Positions 37,872-48,963 of a stretch of DNA of 64,000 bases are shown here, piece after piece. The position numbers and the translations under genes are program-made. A model generated the notes under the pieces. It did not search any database. It was not told the DNA's origin and worked only from the letters and a program-made list of their open reading frames with translations. Origin of the DNA: a virus; the IMG/VR virus record IMGVR_UViG_3300038465_000039, positions 1 to 64,000 of that record; one strand, given 5' to 3'. How positions within the stretch are numbered: position 1 is the stretch's first letter; each line of letters opens with the position of its first letter.

Positions 37872-38855
37872 GATGATTTGCCCCGACATCAAGCCTAAAA
37901 CGGGATCAAATCGATGTATTTTTCGGCCGCAGCCATGGCGAGGCCCAACCGTGGCGTTGCCGCGTTGAACTGGCTCAAGGTCTTGGCCCGCAGTATGTTT
38001 TCGCAGGCCCTGTATAAGTCGGTCAACGGTACGGACGATTCCTGATCTTTCCGCCTCAATATCTCCAGATCGTTCGTTGCCGTCGTCAGTCGCTGATTGG
38101 CTTTTCCTAACTCAAGCCGCATCTCGGCAAGAAGCCTGCCGGTCTGGGCGGCCAGGTTCTCAGCCTCAGTCGTTTTGATGTGCGCAGCCGATTCGATGGA
38201 ATCAATGAGTCGCTGCAGAACAATCTTTTTCATGGACATTATCCGTGCTCCTGGTTCTGGCGCTTCTTACGTCGGGCCAGCGCCGCCTTCCCTATCTTCG
38301 CCGCCATGTCGATACCGGCCGTCGAATGCTGTGCGAGCATCCGGATGCCGCGCGTGATCGCCTCCGCCATGTCGGCTTCCGTGCCGGCGCAGGCCGAGCA
38401 CAGCGGCGGCGTCGCGCCTTCAACCTTGACCCATGAGCACGTCAGCGGCGTCTTTCGGCCGCCGTCTTTCGGCATCAGGCAGGCGTTGTGTTCCGTGCAT
38501 TTGCAGACACGGCAAGCCGGGCCGTCGTTCTTCAAGGGCTTGTGGACCGGGGGCATCAGCGTTCCCCCACTGTTGCCACGGGTTGCCGTCGCAGGCATTC
38601 GTCGAACCTTGACAGGATAGCCCGGCGCATCTGCTTATTCAGCGGCTGGATAGCAAAAAACGCCGCCGCCGATACCAGGACAACGTCGAACAGTTCTTCG
38701 GCGTCGGGTGCTGTTAGAGCATTGATCGCGGCATCAATTCCTTCGCTGATCTTGCTTGCCGCATGTTGGACCGCAGGACTAACCGGGCGATCGAACGTGA
38801 ATTTGGTAATTGATCTATCCATTTTGCGATCTTCCTCACGATGCCAAAGGATTTC

Positions 38856-38892
38856 AAAAAAGAGCCGGGGACCCATTCGCGGCGTCCCCGGC
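38856..38892 (-). terminator. Rho-independent terminator after the RecE-like gene
   Basis: Minus strand gccggggac...gtccccggc then tctttttt. Confidence 0.7.
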
Positions 38893-38935
38893 AGTTGCCG
38901 CCTTGGCCGTGCGGGCCTTCGACGGTCGCGGAAGT

Positions 38936-39928
38936 TCAGCGCGCCCTCGGCGACAACTTGCCGAACGCATATGGTAGTTGCGCGATATCGAGCTCGGTCA
39001 CTTCGTGACCGGGCAGCCATCGATCAGTACCGTGCTTTTCCTTCGCCATTTTGTAGAGGCTGATGGCGATATCGATGTCCTGGCGCGCGCCTTCGAGAAT
39101 CGGATTACCCGGTGACAGCACGCACGACCACGCATCCGGAGCGCCCTTCTTTGGAATGAAAACCAGTTGGAAGGCGAAGGTCTTTTGACCGACGCATCGA
39201 GCGAGGAAGCTGAGAAGTTGGTCGGCACCCTCAGTCTCCGGTCCAACGATTTCACCGTCGCCCATAAAAACAAAACCCGCATCAAGTAACGCCGGCATTT
39301 GGCGGCGCCCCTCCATGTAGTGCTCGGCCGGAATGTCGTAGCGATAGGTCGAGATATCGAGGAGGCATGCCTGATCGAGCGGCCGTTCCCGCTCGTTGGC
39401 GATTGTCTTGATATCTCCGATGCCTTTGATCTTCAGTTTGTCGAGCCGTGCCTTGCAGCGGACGCCATCCTTGCGCGTCCAGAAGATCGAGACTTCGGAC
39501 AGGCCGTTGTCGAGACAGCCCTTGAGTTCGGGGTCGGCATCGAGAACCTGCTTGCAGCCGAGAACGAAATCATAATCTTCTTGTGCGAGGAGTTCCTGAT
39601 CTTCCATCAGCTTTGCCTTCGCGGCCTTGGTAAGCTGCGCTTTTTCAGGCGGTGTTAAATCGTCGTCCGGTCCGTAAGGACCGCGGACATATTCGGCCGA
39701 GAATAGATCAAACCCATCGAGCAAAAGTCGATGTGTCGCTTGGCCCAGGATCAGCGATGGAGTTTTCTTCTCCTTCGGCCGCTTCGGGTTCATGGCCGAC
39801 TTGTGCCAGAACAGGTTCGGGCCCTTGAGCAAATCGCGGATGTTGCTCGATCCGAGCGAGTCGTCAGCATGATAGCGTTCGGAACTGAGACCGATATAGA
39901 TCCCGTCTGCAAGTTGGGTCTTCGCCAT
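38936..39928 (-). CDS. PD-(D/E)XK exonuclease (RecE/ExoVIII-like)
   Basis: YHAD..LGSS, LG.A.H, EVSIFW....CKARLD.L...DIKT, Y.Y..A.HY. Confidence 0.8.
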   Translation of the reverse strand: MAKTQLADGIYIGLSSERYHADDSLGSSNIRDLLKGPNLFWHKSAMNPKRPKEKKTPSLILGQATHRLLLDGFDLFSAEYVRGPYGPDDDLTPPEKAQLTKAAKAKLMEDQELLAQEDYDFVLGCKQVLDADPELKGCLDNGLSEVSIFWTRKDGVRCKARLDKLKIKGIGDIKTIANERERPLDQACLLDISTYRYDIPAEHYMEGRRQMPALLDAGFVFMGDGEIVGPETEGADQLLSFLARCVGQKTFAFQLVFIPKKGAPDAWSCVLSPGNPILEGARQDIDIAISLYKMAKEKHGTDRWLPGHEVTELDIAQLPYAFGKLSPRAR

Positions 39929-39964
39929 GGCTTCCTCCATTGGGCGGTTACGATTGACGCAGGA

Positions 39965-39979
39965 TATACTTATAGGTTA
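39965..39979. promoter_or_regulatory. Operator TATACT-TAT-AGGTTA in the RecE-like gene promoter
   Basis: Shares cttataggttagtc with the 27473 site; minus-strand TTGAAC-N17-TATCCT. Confidence 0.65.
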
Positions 39980-40370
39980 GTCCGTTCAAGCCCCGTCCGG
40001 GACAGGTTCCAACATTTCTCGGGAGGCCCAAAACTCCCGACCGTCCTCGAATCGAATCTTGCATAGAGCAACGCCGTCGCTTCGGTCTTCCGGTTGAACT
40101 GAAAAATCGGTCAACAGCCTGCATCGCTTCCCGATGTAACGATCTCCAAAGAATAAAGCCATTTGATATGGCGCATAGATGCAAACCGCCTGATCGCCGG
40201 CGCGCGGATCGAAGTCATCTTCGGGTTTGAGTGCGGTCATTTTTTCTCTCGAATTTTTCTTAATCGATTTTCAAGCTTGGCCTTTTCTCGTTCCAGTCTT
40301 CGTATCTGACGAGTGACAGCAATAATTTCCTTGAGAAGGTACTGTACAAAAACCAGAGAATTATCCGGCT

Positions 40371-40844
40371 TCATGTCAGCGGATCCCATCGGATCAGGAC
40401 ACCCTCGAACTTGTCGACGCCGGGATGCTCGTCGCGCCAGAACGCTTTCATCTCGTCCCATGTCTCGAAACCATCGGCCTGCGCGAACAAGTGGAGGCGT
40501 TCGTCGTAAAAACAATTCTCGGCCACTTTGCCGCCGCCGACGATGGCGCTACCCCAAAAGATAAACTCCAGCTTAACAGGCAGCGCAGAAGTGCACCGAC
40601 CGTCCCCGATCTTGAAGCACTGCTTGGTCCGCATGCCGTGATAGAGTTGCACGGTCTCGCCGACGCGCGCATGCCGGCGTTTGCCGATCGCGCGGATGGT
40701 CTGACGCTTTGGCCAGATCTTAGGACCGATGCGATATCCTGCTGGCGCGGTTGGATCATCGACGATCTTGGGTTCGACCGGCAAGATTCCGAGGCCGACC
40801 CTGATCGGGTCGACGAAACGCTTTTTGAATGAATAAGCTGTCAT
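40371..40844 (-). CDS. ASCH/PUA-like domain protein
   Basis: SFKKRF, KRQTIR, G..VQLY.GMRTK.C, FA.ADGF, LIRW. Confidence 0.7.
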   Translation of the reverse strand: MTAYSFKKRFVDPIRVGLGILPVEPKIVDDPTAPAGYRIGPKIWPKRQTIRAIGKRRHARVGETVQLYHGMRTKQCFKIGDGRCTSALPVKLEFIFWGSAIVGGGKVAENCFYDERLHLFAQADGFETWDEMKAFWRDEHPGVDKFEGVLIRWDPLT

Positions 40845-42017
40845 TTGTACGGCGGCCTCAGATGCGATGTATCCGGCTCGGCAACAACTTCCGGCTCCCA
40901 CTCCATCCCAAGTGCCTTGATGATTTCGAGAAGCCGTAGGATGGTTTCGTTTCCTTCGGGGCCATTGTACACGCCGTCGCGCGCGTAGCGCTCAATCGTC
41001 GGAAGCGTATCGGGCTCGCTAGGGTTCGGCGCGTAAAACTGGTAATCGCGTATCCCGTTCAGGATTTCGTGGATATCGGTTGCCATCAGAACAATCTCCC
41101 CTGTGATTCGATCGCTCGCAATTCCTGCAGCAACTCCTCGCGGTTCCGAAGTATCTCCAGAGCCCACTTCAGCGAAGTCGGGACAAGAACGTCCAGCGCG
41201 TCGAGCGCTGACCGCAAGGTGTCCGCGGTCTCGTTGTCGGCGAGCAGTTGCTGTCGATCGCGCGGCATCAAATGCCTCGCCGAGTTAGGCCGTAAAAACC
41301 GGCAAGTGTATCCAGGTCGGCACCGGTATTGGTCGCCGCGAGATCATGATGCTCGATCTTCAACTTCTCCTGCTGAAGCCGCTCGCGAAGATCCGAGTCG
41401 GGTTCCGGCGGCTCACGCACGATTTCCGGACCGACCTGCATCACGTCAACAAAGTGGTGGCCGTCCGCAGATGCGCGACCGATGAAGTCCCAGGTGTGCG
41501 CCGCTGATGCGTCTCCGCACTGGCCGGTGTATCGCGCGGGCTGCCATTCGGTCTCTGGCGTCATGGCCTCGCGCTCGGAGTCAGCCACGACGCGAACCCA
41601 ATAGAAGGCGCCGGCGCGTAGCGTCGGTTTGCCGCGCACGGTATTAAATAGTTCGACGCGTTCAAGTGTTGGCAGCGGACTAACCGGAAAGCCGGCTTGC
41701 TCCTCGTCGCGCTTGACGAAAAATTCTCCGATGCTGTTGCCGTCACCATAAATTCCCATGGTTGCCTCCTTTGGCGCGGCGAACGATGGAGACGGACACC
41801 GATCGCGATTGCAGATTTTGGCTAACAACCACTTCAACATCTTCGACATCTAGAATTGGGACTTGAAGGTTGTCCAGAACGTAACCGCCGCAGGCATAGA
41901 GATCGTAGATTGTGCCCTGAATGGCTGACTTGAGCCTGAATTCGGTTACTTGGGTTAACGGCTCACAGATGAAGCTGTCTGCGATGCGGTAGACCTCTGT
42001 CCAAAATTCGTCTGTCG

Positions 42018-42236
42018 TCATGGGATCAGATCCAGCGTCTTGCACTTCAGCGCCTCGGCGATCTTGACCAGCTTCACCAGCGTGATCGAGCTCTGACCGG
42101 ATTCGTATTTCGAAACCTGCATCGGCCCGACGTCGATCACTTCGCCGAGTTCGGGCTGGCTCATGCCGATCTTCTCCCGGCGCGCGCGGATACGCGCTCC
42201 GATCGCTTCATCGGTGACGGGTTTTTTCCGGGTCAT
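42018..42236 (-). CDS. XRE-family HTH regulator
   Basis: IGARIRARREKIGMSQ.ELG......QVSKYE.G.....L.KIA.AL. Confidence 0.85.
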   Translation of the reverse strand: MTRKKPVTDEAIGARIRARREKIGMSQPELGEVIDVGPMQVSKYESGQSSITLVKLVKIAEALKCKTLDLIP

Positions 42237-42568
42237 TCCTTCTCCTCGCATACGGCTGGCGGCAGGATAACGTATAGGTCGATACCGGCCATTTCCAAAT
42301 TCAAAGCTTCTGCGATCATCGTGTCCATCACGAATCCGGCCGGCGGCCGCGGCGGCCATTTCTCATAAATCCGTTTCATGGACTCGTCTACGGTCTCGGC
42401 AGGATAGTGCACCATCGCGCGGTAGTGATCGCGATTTTGGATGATGACTTTAACAGCCGCGCACCAGCCGCGCTTGAACTCGGGAGACTCTTCTCTGAAG
42501 TAGTGCTCTTGGCAAAACGCTGCCGTCGAAACAAACAGCAGTGCTCCCGTGATGATTGCTCGCATCAT
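42233..42568 (-). CDS. Secreted hypothetical protein
   Basis: MMRAIITGALLFVSTAAFC signal-like N-terminus. Confidence 0.5.
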   Translation of the reverse strand: MMRAIITGALLFVSTAAFCQEHYFREESPEFKRGWCAAVKVIIQNRDHYRAMVHYPAETVDESMKRIYEKWPPRPPAGFVMDTMIAEALNLEMAGIDLYVILPPAVCEEKE

Positions 42569-42824
42569 GTCGATTTCCTTTTTTCAAGATCTTCCTTGAT
42601 CTCGGTCCGCAATTTCTGCACCACGGAATTGAAAAGTCGGAGTCGATGCTCCGGTTTGATGGCCGCCATCACCAGTGATTTGAACAGCAGGATTGAGGCT
42701 TCAAGCCTGACTTCCTCTGGGACGCCAGCCATGGTCGTGAACATCACGGAAGCTGCCTGCTTTGCCATCGCCATCTTGACGGGAACTGTTAGGGGATCAA
42801 CCACTGGCACCTCTTCAGTTCATT

Positions 42825-43529
42825 TCACCGGCCACACTCTTGCGTAGCGTGTTGCAGAACGTCTCGACCATCTCGGCACGCTCTTCCTCGCCGATACCGG
42901 AGATCAGTGCGGTCACAAGAATGCCTACCGCGACGATCTCTGTTCGGCGTTCGGCGTCCCGCGGTAGCGCATCCGCGAGCGCCATAGCGATTTCGTTGTG
43001 GTCCATGGCAGCTTCCTTGAGAAGCCACCGCATAGGCCTGAGTCGCGAGGATCGGACAATCTGAGAGTTTAGTTATCAACCGGATGTCCACCGTCATCTT
43101 GTGCGTGCCGCGCCGATGATAGCCTGCTCGATCGCGACCGCGATGGCGGGCGATCGACGCTGTGTTGCTTACCATGTCAGCGCATTTGATCGACTGTGCT
43201 TCGGCGCCGGCTTTTGCCAGCCGGTCCAAGTTCATCCGGTTGCGTTGTAGGCGGTTGGTGCGGTTCGATGTCGGCTCATCGGTCAGATCGCGAACGATGT
43301 CGGCGATGTCCTTTCCAAACTCCATAACCAACTGTTCGTGAGTAACCGGCTGGTCCTCGACCGTGTCGTGCAGGTAGGCTGCGGCACAAGCGCGCTTGCT
43401 CAGGCCATAGCGCGCGCAAAGCTTTGCCACTTCATCGAGGTGGACAAAATACGGCTCGCCGGTGTACTTGCGCACTTGACCCCTGTGTGCACGCTCGGCG
43501 AACTTGCGGGCTTTGTCGACGATGTTCAT
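42825..43529 (-). CDS. HD-domain (RelA/SpoT hydrolase, Mesh1-like) protein with aberrant C-terminus
   Basis: AH.GQ.RKY..EPY..H, LHDTVED, V..LTD, IK.AD..SN; homology stops near 43143. Confidence 0.7.
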   Translation of the reverse strand: MNIVDKARKFAERAHRGQVRKYTGEPYFVHLDEVAKLCARYGLSKRACAAAYLHDTVEDQPVTHEQLVMEFGKDIADIVRDLTDEPTSNRTNRLQRNRMNLDRLAKAGAEAQSIKCADMVSNTASIARHRGRDRAGYHRRGTHKMTVDIRLITKLSDCPILATQAYAVASQGSCHGPQRNRYGARGCATAGRRTPNRDRRGRHSCDRTDLRYRRGRACRDGRDVLQHATQECGR

Positions 43530-44427
43530 GCCTCTGTGATCCCCAGCACTTCGAGATAAAGCCGCGTCAGCTTGTCGTAAGCGCCCGCGCGCGCCCGGTT
43601 CGTCATGCGAAGCTTGCCGTCGGGGCCGTTCTCGCCGCGGGCGATGGCATCGTCGGTCATCTTTGGCGGTGCCGGCGCCGCATTCGGCGTCCAGCTTCTT
43701 GCGGTAGATCGCCTCGGAAACGTCGCGGACCTGTTCAGGCGTATGTTTTGGTTTGTCGGCCACGCGCAGCCCTCCGTTTGGCGGCATCAAGCCGCGATTG
43801 AAATTCCGCCAGCCGGTCGGCGTGAGAGTCGAAGTAGCGAAAGATGACGCCGACAGGCCGCATCTGTCGGATCAACTCGCGGCACATGAAGTCATTCACA
43901 CCGATCACATCGTAGGCCATCAGCGCGCCGGGGTGTGGGACGAATTCCCCTCCGCACGCTTCGCAAAACGTCCGCAAGACGCTCTCTGATACGGAGCGAT
44001 GGACGGTTTGAAGGAAAAAATCTGCATCAGATTCCTCTTCAGCAGTTAGCTTGCCGTAACGGCCTAACACACGATCCTCAAAAGACAGGTTCACCGCAGC
44101 GCTCCCATTACGATCGCGCCGAGAAACAAGATCGACGCATAAGCAACAACAGCGCAGAATATCCTAAGGCAATTCTGTACGCGGCCGAGCGCCATGTCGA
44201 TTTTGACTATCAAATCCAGAACCGGACTCATCGCCGCTTTCCTTTACGTGCTTTTTTCTTTGCCACCTTTGCGACCTCGTTGCGTAGTTGATCGACAGTC
44301 GGTCTCTCCGGTGTCCGTGCACGCTTGGCGCCCGGCCCTTTGGTATTGTAGCGGATCAGCTTCAGCCGCTCGATGTCGGCAAGCTTGCTAGGTTTCTTCG
44401 GTTCTTCCTTTACCACTGCGATCTCCT

Positions 44428-44664
44428 TCACAGGTCGCGGGGACGACGCTTCGGATGGCGGGGAGCGTGGTCGGCAATGATCTGGCGAACGCGTTCTCTG
44501 GTCACCCCCATGGCGTTGGCTATCTCCTCTAGGGTGTAGCCCGCGTGATGCTTTCGCCAACTGATGGCGTAGTTCCACCGCCACCGAATACGCTCTTCTC
44601 GACCGGTCCCTTCGACAAGGGGCAAGCATACTTCGGGGATAGTCCGCGTTTTCTTCGCCGCCAT
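44428..44664 (-). CDS. Small HTH protein (sigma70 region-4-like)
   Basis: GYTLEEIANAMGVTRERVRQI. Confidence 0.7.
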   Translation of the reverse strand: MAAKKTRTIPEVCLPLVEGTGREERIRWRWNYAISWRKHHAGYTLEEIANAMGVTRERVRQIIADHAPRHPKRRPRDL

Positions 44665-44669
44665 CGGTG

Positions 44670-44684
44670 TATACCTAAAGGTTA
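44670..44684. promoter_or_regulatory. Operator-like TATACC-TAA-AGGTTA just upstream of the HTH gene
   Basis: Matches the operator family; minus-strand TTGACA at 44718-44723. Confidence 0.5.
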
Positions 44685-44774
44685 GGGTCTGCCGCATATC
44701 CTCCCTCGCCGCCTGCCTGTCAAGCCCTTGTGGGAAATAAAAAAGGTGTGGACGAAAGAATTTATTTTTCTTGA

Positions 44775-44877
44775 ACGGGTACGCGGCGGATACGAAAACG
44801 CAAGCCCTTGGTTCTTCGTCTATTTTTTGGCCTCCGCGTACCTGGTGACCGCTTCGCGTACCCGGTCGCGTACCGTT
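44775..44877. repeat. CGTACC(CG) iteron-like cluster 1
   Basis: One inverted copy (44776), then direct copies at 44837, 44857, 44869. Confidence 0.6.
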
Positions 44878-45269
44878 CGGTCCTGCTTTCTCGGTCTTGA
44901 CAGACGTTCTCGCAATAGCGCATATCGCTTTCGCGCGCGGCCACACATTCCGATAGACCGGGCGCTCATCAAGAGCGCCAAACGGCACGATCGCAGGTCT
45001 TGTCTCTACAGTAACCTGTCTCTAATGAATCGTATGCGCGCGCGAGGGCGCGCTTCATCAATCATGTCGGCAAAAACGTAAACCACCGGCTTGACGGTCG
45101 AAAATATACAGCGCACAAAACACCAGCGATTGATTCTCCCTCGATAGGTTCCATTCCCCCTTTTCACAGTTGCTGCGCCGGTTCCTATCCCCGGCCTGCA
45201 TCGCCCCGGTCATCTGAATCAGTCGCCTTTTTCGTGATGGCCGGGGCAACTAATTGAGGGAGCATCACG

Positions 45270-45824
45270 ATGGGTAAGCGAACGACGATCGAGAGCGAAA
45301 AGTCTGCCACCGGTAAGGAAATCCGCCTGCCGGCGAAGACCACGATCAAGACCTTCAATTCGGCATTCGACGAAGCAAAAAACATTATCGACGATGCCAA
45401 CGAGGTTTTGAAAACCGCCGCCGACGAAGCCAAGGCGAAGCACCTCAACCTTTGGGCTTACAAGACCTGCAAGAAGCTGTTCGATGACTTCCATGCGGCC
45501 GAGAACGAGGCCCTCGCCGCGGAAAAGCTGGCGGTCAAACTCGCCAATTTCGACGAGTGCCGGAAGCATTTCGGGCTGGACGAGATCGCAAATTTGCAGG
45601 GCCGGCTCACGGGCATAGGTGAGATCGGCAGCAAAACCGACGTCAACGGTGTGCCGCGCGAAGTCGACGAAGATGGCGAAGAAGATCCCCGGCCATCGCA
45701 TTTGAGACGACCCGGCGCCTCCGCTGCATCGGCGGTACAGGAAATGGCCGAAAAGGCCGGAGCTACGATCCCGCCGAAAGATGATCCGATGAACTCCGTT
45801 GGGCGCGGCCCGAAGCCTCACTAA
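45270..45824 (+). CDS. GapR/DUF2312-like DNA-binding protein (divergent)
   Basis: Helical pattern ..DANEVLK....EAKAKHLN..AYK...KL...FDE.R..FGL resembles GapR; GAGGGAG RBS. Confidence 0.45.
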   Translation: MGKRTTIESEKSATGKEIRLPAKTTIKTFNSAFDEAKNIIDDANEVLKTAADEAKAKHLNLWAYKTCKKLFDDFHAAENEALAAEKLAVKLANFDECRKHFGLDEIANLQGRLTGIGEIGSKTDVNGVPREVDEDGEEDPRPSHLRRPGASAASAVQEMAEKAGATIPPKDDPMNSVGRGPKPH

Positions 45825-45838
45825 AAGGAAATTCCATT

Positions 45839-46615
45839 ATGGGTGTGGAGCTTGGACAGACGTTCGGGCATTGGACGGTTGTTGCCTTGGCGCGTGTGAT
45901 AATCCCCTCGCAGCAGTTCTGGACTTGCGAGTGCAGCTGCGGCAATCGCAGAGATGTGAGGTCGGACAATCTTCTAAATGGTCGGTCTAGGCATTGCGGT
46001 TGTTCGAAATCTCCGCGATGGGAGGATTTGTCTGGCAAAGTTTACGGCCGGCTTACGGTAGTTGCTTTCGATCATGTCACGCCATACAGGCACGGCACGC
46101 GCACGTACTGGCGTTGCAAGTGTTCGTGCGGAACCGAAAAAATAATCCGGTCTGACGGGCTAAAGGGTGGTGATAATGTTTCGTGCGGCTGCAAAAAGGT
46201 CGAGCAGCTAACAACTCATGGTGACACGGGAACGCCAGAGCATTCTGCTTGGCTCGCGCTCTTCGACCGATGCCGCAATCCGAACAACGAATCTTTCAAG
46301 GACTATGGCGCGCGCGGCATCAACATCTGCGAACGATGGGAAAATTACGAGAATTTCTTAGCTGACATGGGTCGTAAGCCTACGCCGAAGCACTCGATTG
46401 AGCGAGTACGCAATAACGACGGTTACCAGCCAGATAATTGCGTTTGGCTCCCTATGCGAGAGCAATCCTACAATCGAAGAACAACGAAAATGACGGTCGA
46501 GAAGGCCGCTGCTGTTAGGTCGCGGGCTTGTGAATCGCAGCGTGTTCTCGCAGAGGAATTTGGCGTAAGCCAGGGCACGATATCTCGAATTTTACTGGGG
46601 CAGTCATGGCTCTGA
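45839..46615 (+). CDS. HNH-like phage endonuclease with repeated Zn-ribbon domains
   Basis: Two G..FG.LTV..W.C.CSCG..SCGC modules; RC.N.....YG.RGI..C.RW..F..DMG; SIER..N..GY.P.NC.W. Confidence 0.8.
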   Translation: MGVELGQTFGHWTVVALARVIIPSQQFWTCECSCGNRRDVRSDNLLNGRSRHCGCSKSPRWEDLSGKVYGRLTVVAFDHVTPYRHGTRTYWRCKCSCGTEKIIRSDGLKGGDNVSCGCKKVEQLTTHGDTGTPEHSAWLALFDRCRNPNNESFKDYGARGINICERWENYENFLADMGRKPTPKHSIERVRNNDGYQPDNCVWLPMREQSYNRRTTKMTVEKAAAVRSRACESQRVLAEEFGVSQGTISRILLGQSWL

Positions 46616-47163
46616 GATGTCTTGGCGTGGACCCCGGCGTCAACGGAAGTTGCGCGCTCTATCTCGGTGAGGGCCTGATGCTCCCGCCCGAAGCGATCTT
46701 TGATATCCCCACTGTGGGCGACGGCAACAAGCGTGAAATCGACTATGCGCGCATGCGCGACATGGTGTGGGCGCTGCGACCCGATGTAGCGTTTATCGAA
46801 GTGGTCAATGCTTTTCTGCCGAAGCGAGAAAACCCCGAGACAGGCGAGAAAGAAACCGTGAATTTTGGCGCAACATCCATGTTCCGGTTCGGGGGGGCGT
46901 ATTATGCGGCGCGCGCCGTTATCTGCTGTCTGAACATTCCGCTTCGGTCGGTCGGGTCTCCGGAGTGGAAGGGCGGATTCGGGCTCAAAGGGGGAAAGGC
47001 AAACAAGGATGCTTCGCGCAAGCTGGTGATGCAGCGGTACCCGCAAACGGCTCCGTTCGTTTCGCTTGTGAAGCACGGAAACCGCGCTGAGGCTTGGCTG
47101 ATCGCATGCTACGGCGCGCGCAAGATGCGACGGGAGAACGAAAATCTCGACATCCCCGAGTGA
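46606..47163 (+). CDS. RuvC-like Holliday junction resolvase
   Basis: LGVDPG..G, FIE.V, FG..Y, P.WK..FGL, K..SR, RAEA.LIA.YG. Confidence 0.8.
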   Translation: MALRCLGVDPGVNGSCALYLGEGLMLPPEAIFDIPTVGDGNKREIDYARMRDMVWALRPDVAFIEVVNAFLPKRENPETGEKETVNFGATSMFRFGGAYYAARAVICCLNIPLRSVGSPEWKGGFGLKGGKANKDASRKLVMQRYPQTAPFVSLVKHGNRAEAWLIACYGARKMRRENENLDIPE

Positions 47164-47436
47164 GAAACCGCGCGACATCGACTACGTGTTTGATTTCCTG
47201 ATGGATCGAATCACGGATGGTCGGCGCCGGGCTCGTGCGGCGTGTCAGGAACCGACATGCGGTGCGCGGGAGCAGGGAGTGGTGATCAGTTGTTCGTCTG
47301 TGAATTGCGGGGAGAAACTCATGCACAGTGGATGGCGCCGGGAATTGCGGGCATGTTTGCTGCTACGCGGGATGGTGTTGGACCGGGAGCGGCAGGAAAT
47401 TGAACGGGCCGCGCAAGCGGACAGGAAGGCGAAGCG

Positions 47437-48423
47437 GTGAAACCGGAAACCGACAAAGAGGAAGCGCACTGGACCCTTTTCGAGAAGTTGCTCGAAATGT
47501 GGGACAGCGACGCGCTGGTCAAGTTTTTCTACGCTGAGTATGAGCGCGGTCACGCCGCGGGCTATACCGCCGGCTACGAGGCCGCGCGCGCCGATATTCT
47601 TGCTGATCTCGAAACGGTCGCGAAGCGGACCAAGGCGCTGATGCCGCCGGCCGACCGCAAGCCTCTGGCGGTCACGGCGATGGAACCCATAGATAGGTCC
47701 GAAACGGACCAATCTGGGACAGCAGAAACGACCGTCGCGGGGGAGTGTGAAGCGCCCGAGGCTACCCAAGTAGCCCCCGAGCCCGAAAAACGCACCAGCG
47801 AGCCCCGCAGGCCCGAGGAACGGCCTCGTATTTCCCACGGAGTGGGCCGCGTGTCAGGATACGCAAGGCCGGAAGGCATCCCGTCGAATTTCGAAATGTG
47901 CCGGCTGGTCCTGATCGACGCCGGCCGCCCGTTGACCGCAACCGAGATCCGCGACTGCGTTAAGGTCCGATGGTGGCCCGATGTTCCGGCGGACTGGAAG
48001 TCGAGCCCGTTCGGGTTCTTGGGTTCAGGCAAGCTGAAAAAAGATGAAGACGGCAAGTTCATCCTGCCGGATGACAAGCCTGTCGAGCGAAAGCCGACGC
48101 CGCAGGAGATCATCAACGCCGAGGTCGCCAAGCGCCAGGCACCGAAGCTTGGCCCTCCAGCCCGTCAGGACGGCGTAGATTTTTTATGGAACGGCAAGAC
48201 GGTCACACTGCACCAGCGAGAGGCGACGATCGCGGTCCAGTTGCGGGCCGCGATGGGGAAGGGTCACCTCGACGCGAAGCTTTTGGCAAATTCGATCGGC
48301 ATCAAGTCCGAGGCGGAATCGGTGATGCGGGATATGGTTTCGATCCTGAACCCGAAGATCGCGGAGGTCGGTTTGCGTGTGGACTACTTCAAGGGGTTCG
48401 GCTTCATCATGAAGGAAGTTTGA
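47437..48423 (+). CDS. Hypothetical protein with possible winged-helix domains
   Basis: Long ORF in operon; GRPLTATEI...V region. Confidence 0.5.
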   Translation: MKPETDKEEAHWTLFEKLLEMWDSDALVKFFYAEYERGHAAGYTAGYEAARADILADLETVAKRTKALMPPADRKPLAVTAMEPIDRSETDQSGTAETTVAGECEAPEATQVAPEPEKRTSEPRRPEERPRISHGVGRVSGYARPEGIPSNFEMCRLVLIDAGRPLTATEIRDCVKVRWWPDVPADWKSSPFGFLGSGKLKKDEDGKFILPDDKPVERKPTPQEIINAEVAKRQAPKLGPPARQDGVDFLWNGKTVTLHQREATIAVQLRAAMGKGHLDAKLLANSIGIKSEAESVMRDMVSILNPKIAEVGLRVDYFKGFGFIMKEV

Positions 48424-48426
48424 ACC

Positions 48427-48963
48427 GTGGGGAAAAGAAGCTCATTCGAGCGCGTCCCTCAAGATAAGTACATGACGACGGACCCATGGCCGGTTCGCCG
48501 ATTGCAGGCGCATCTTCCGTCACGAATGATCTTTGCAGAACCATGTGCAGGCAACGGCGATATCATAAAATCAATGGAGTGGTTCGGTCACCGCTGCGCT
48601 TATGCATGCGACATCAAACCCGGCAAAAAGACAATCGAGAAGCGCGATGCACTGACGCTTGATGGGCGATGGCGCCGGGGATCAGGCGCGGCGATGTTCG
48701 TGACGAACTTGCCCTGGTCACGTGAGGTACTTCACCCGCTGATTGATCATCTGTCCGCGCTGTTGCCGCTCTGGACAATTCTTGATGCTGATTACATGCA
48801 CACCAAGCAAGGTGCTCCCTACATCGATAAGTGCCGTCAGATCGTCAGCATCGGCCGCGTGAAGTGGATCGAGGGCAGCGACGGCGGCGGGATGGAAAAC
48901 TCTTGCTGGTATCTGTTCGACGCCAAGCATACCGGCGGCCCTAGATTCATGGGGTTGGTCTGA
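48427..48963 (+). CDS. Putative DNA N6-adenine methyltransferase (short phage type)
   Basis: D.Y.T, EPCAGNG (motif I), TNLPW (motif IV-like), GRVKWI. Confidence 0.7.
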   Translation: MGKRSSFERVPQDKYMTTDPWPVRRLQAHLPSRMIFAEPCAGNGDIIKSMEWFGHRCAYACDIKPGKKTIEKRDALTLDGRWRRGSGAAMFVTNLPWSREVLHPLIDHLSALLPLWTILDADYMHTKQGAPYIDKCRQIVSIGRVKWIEGSDGGGMENSCWYLFDAKHTGGPRFMGLV

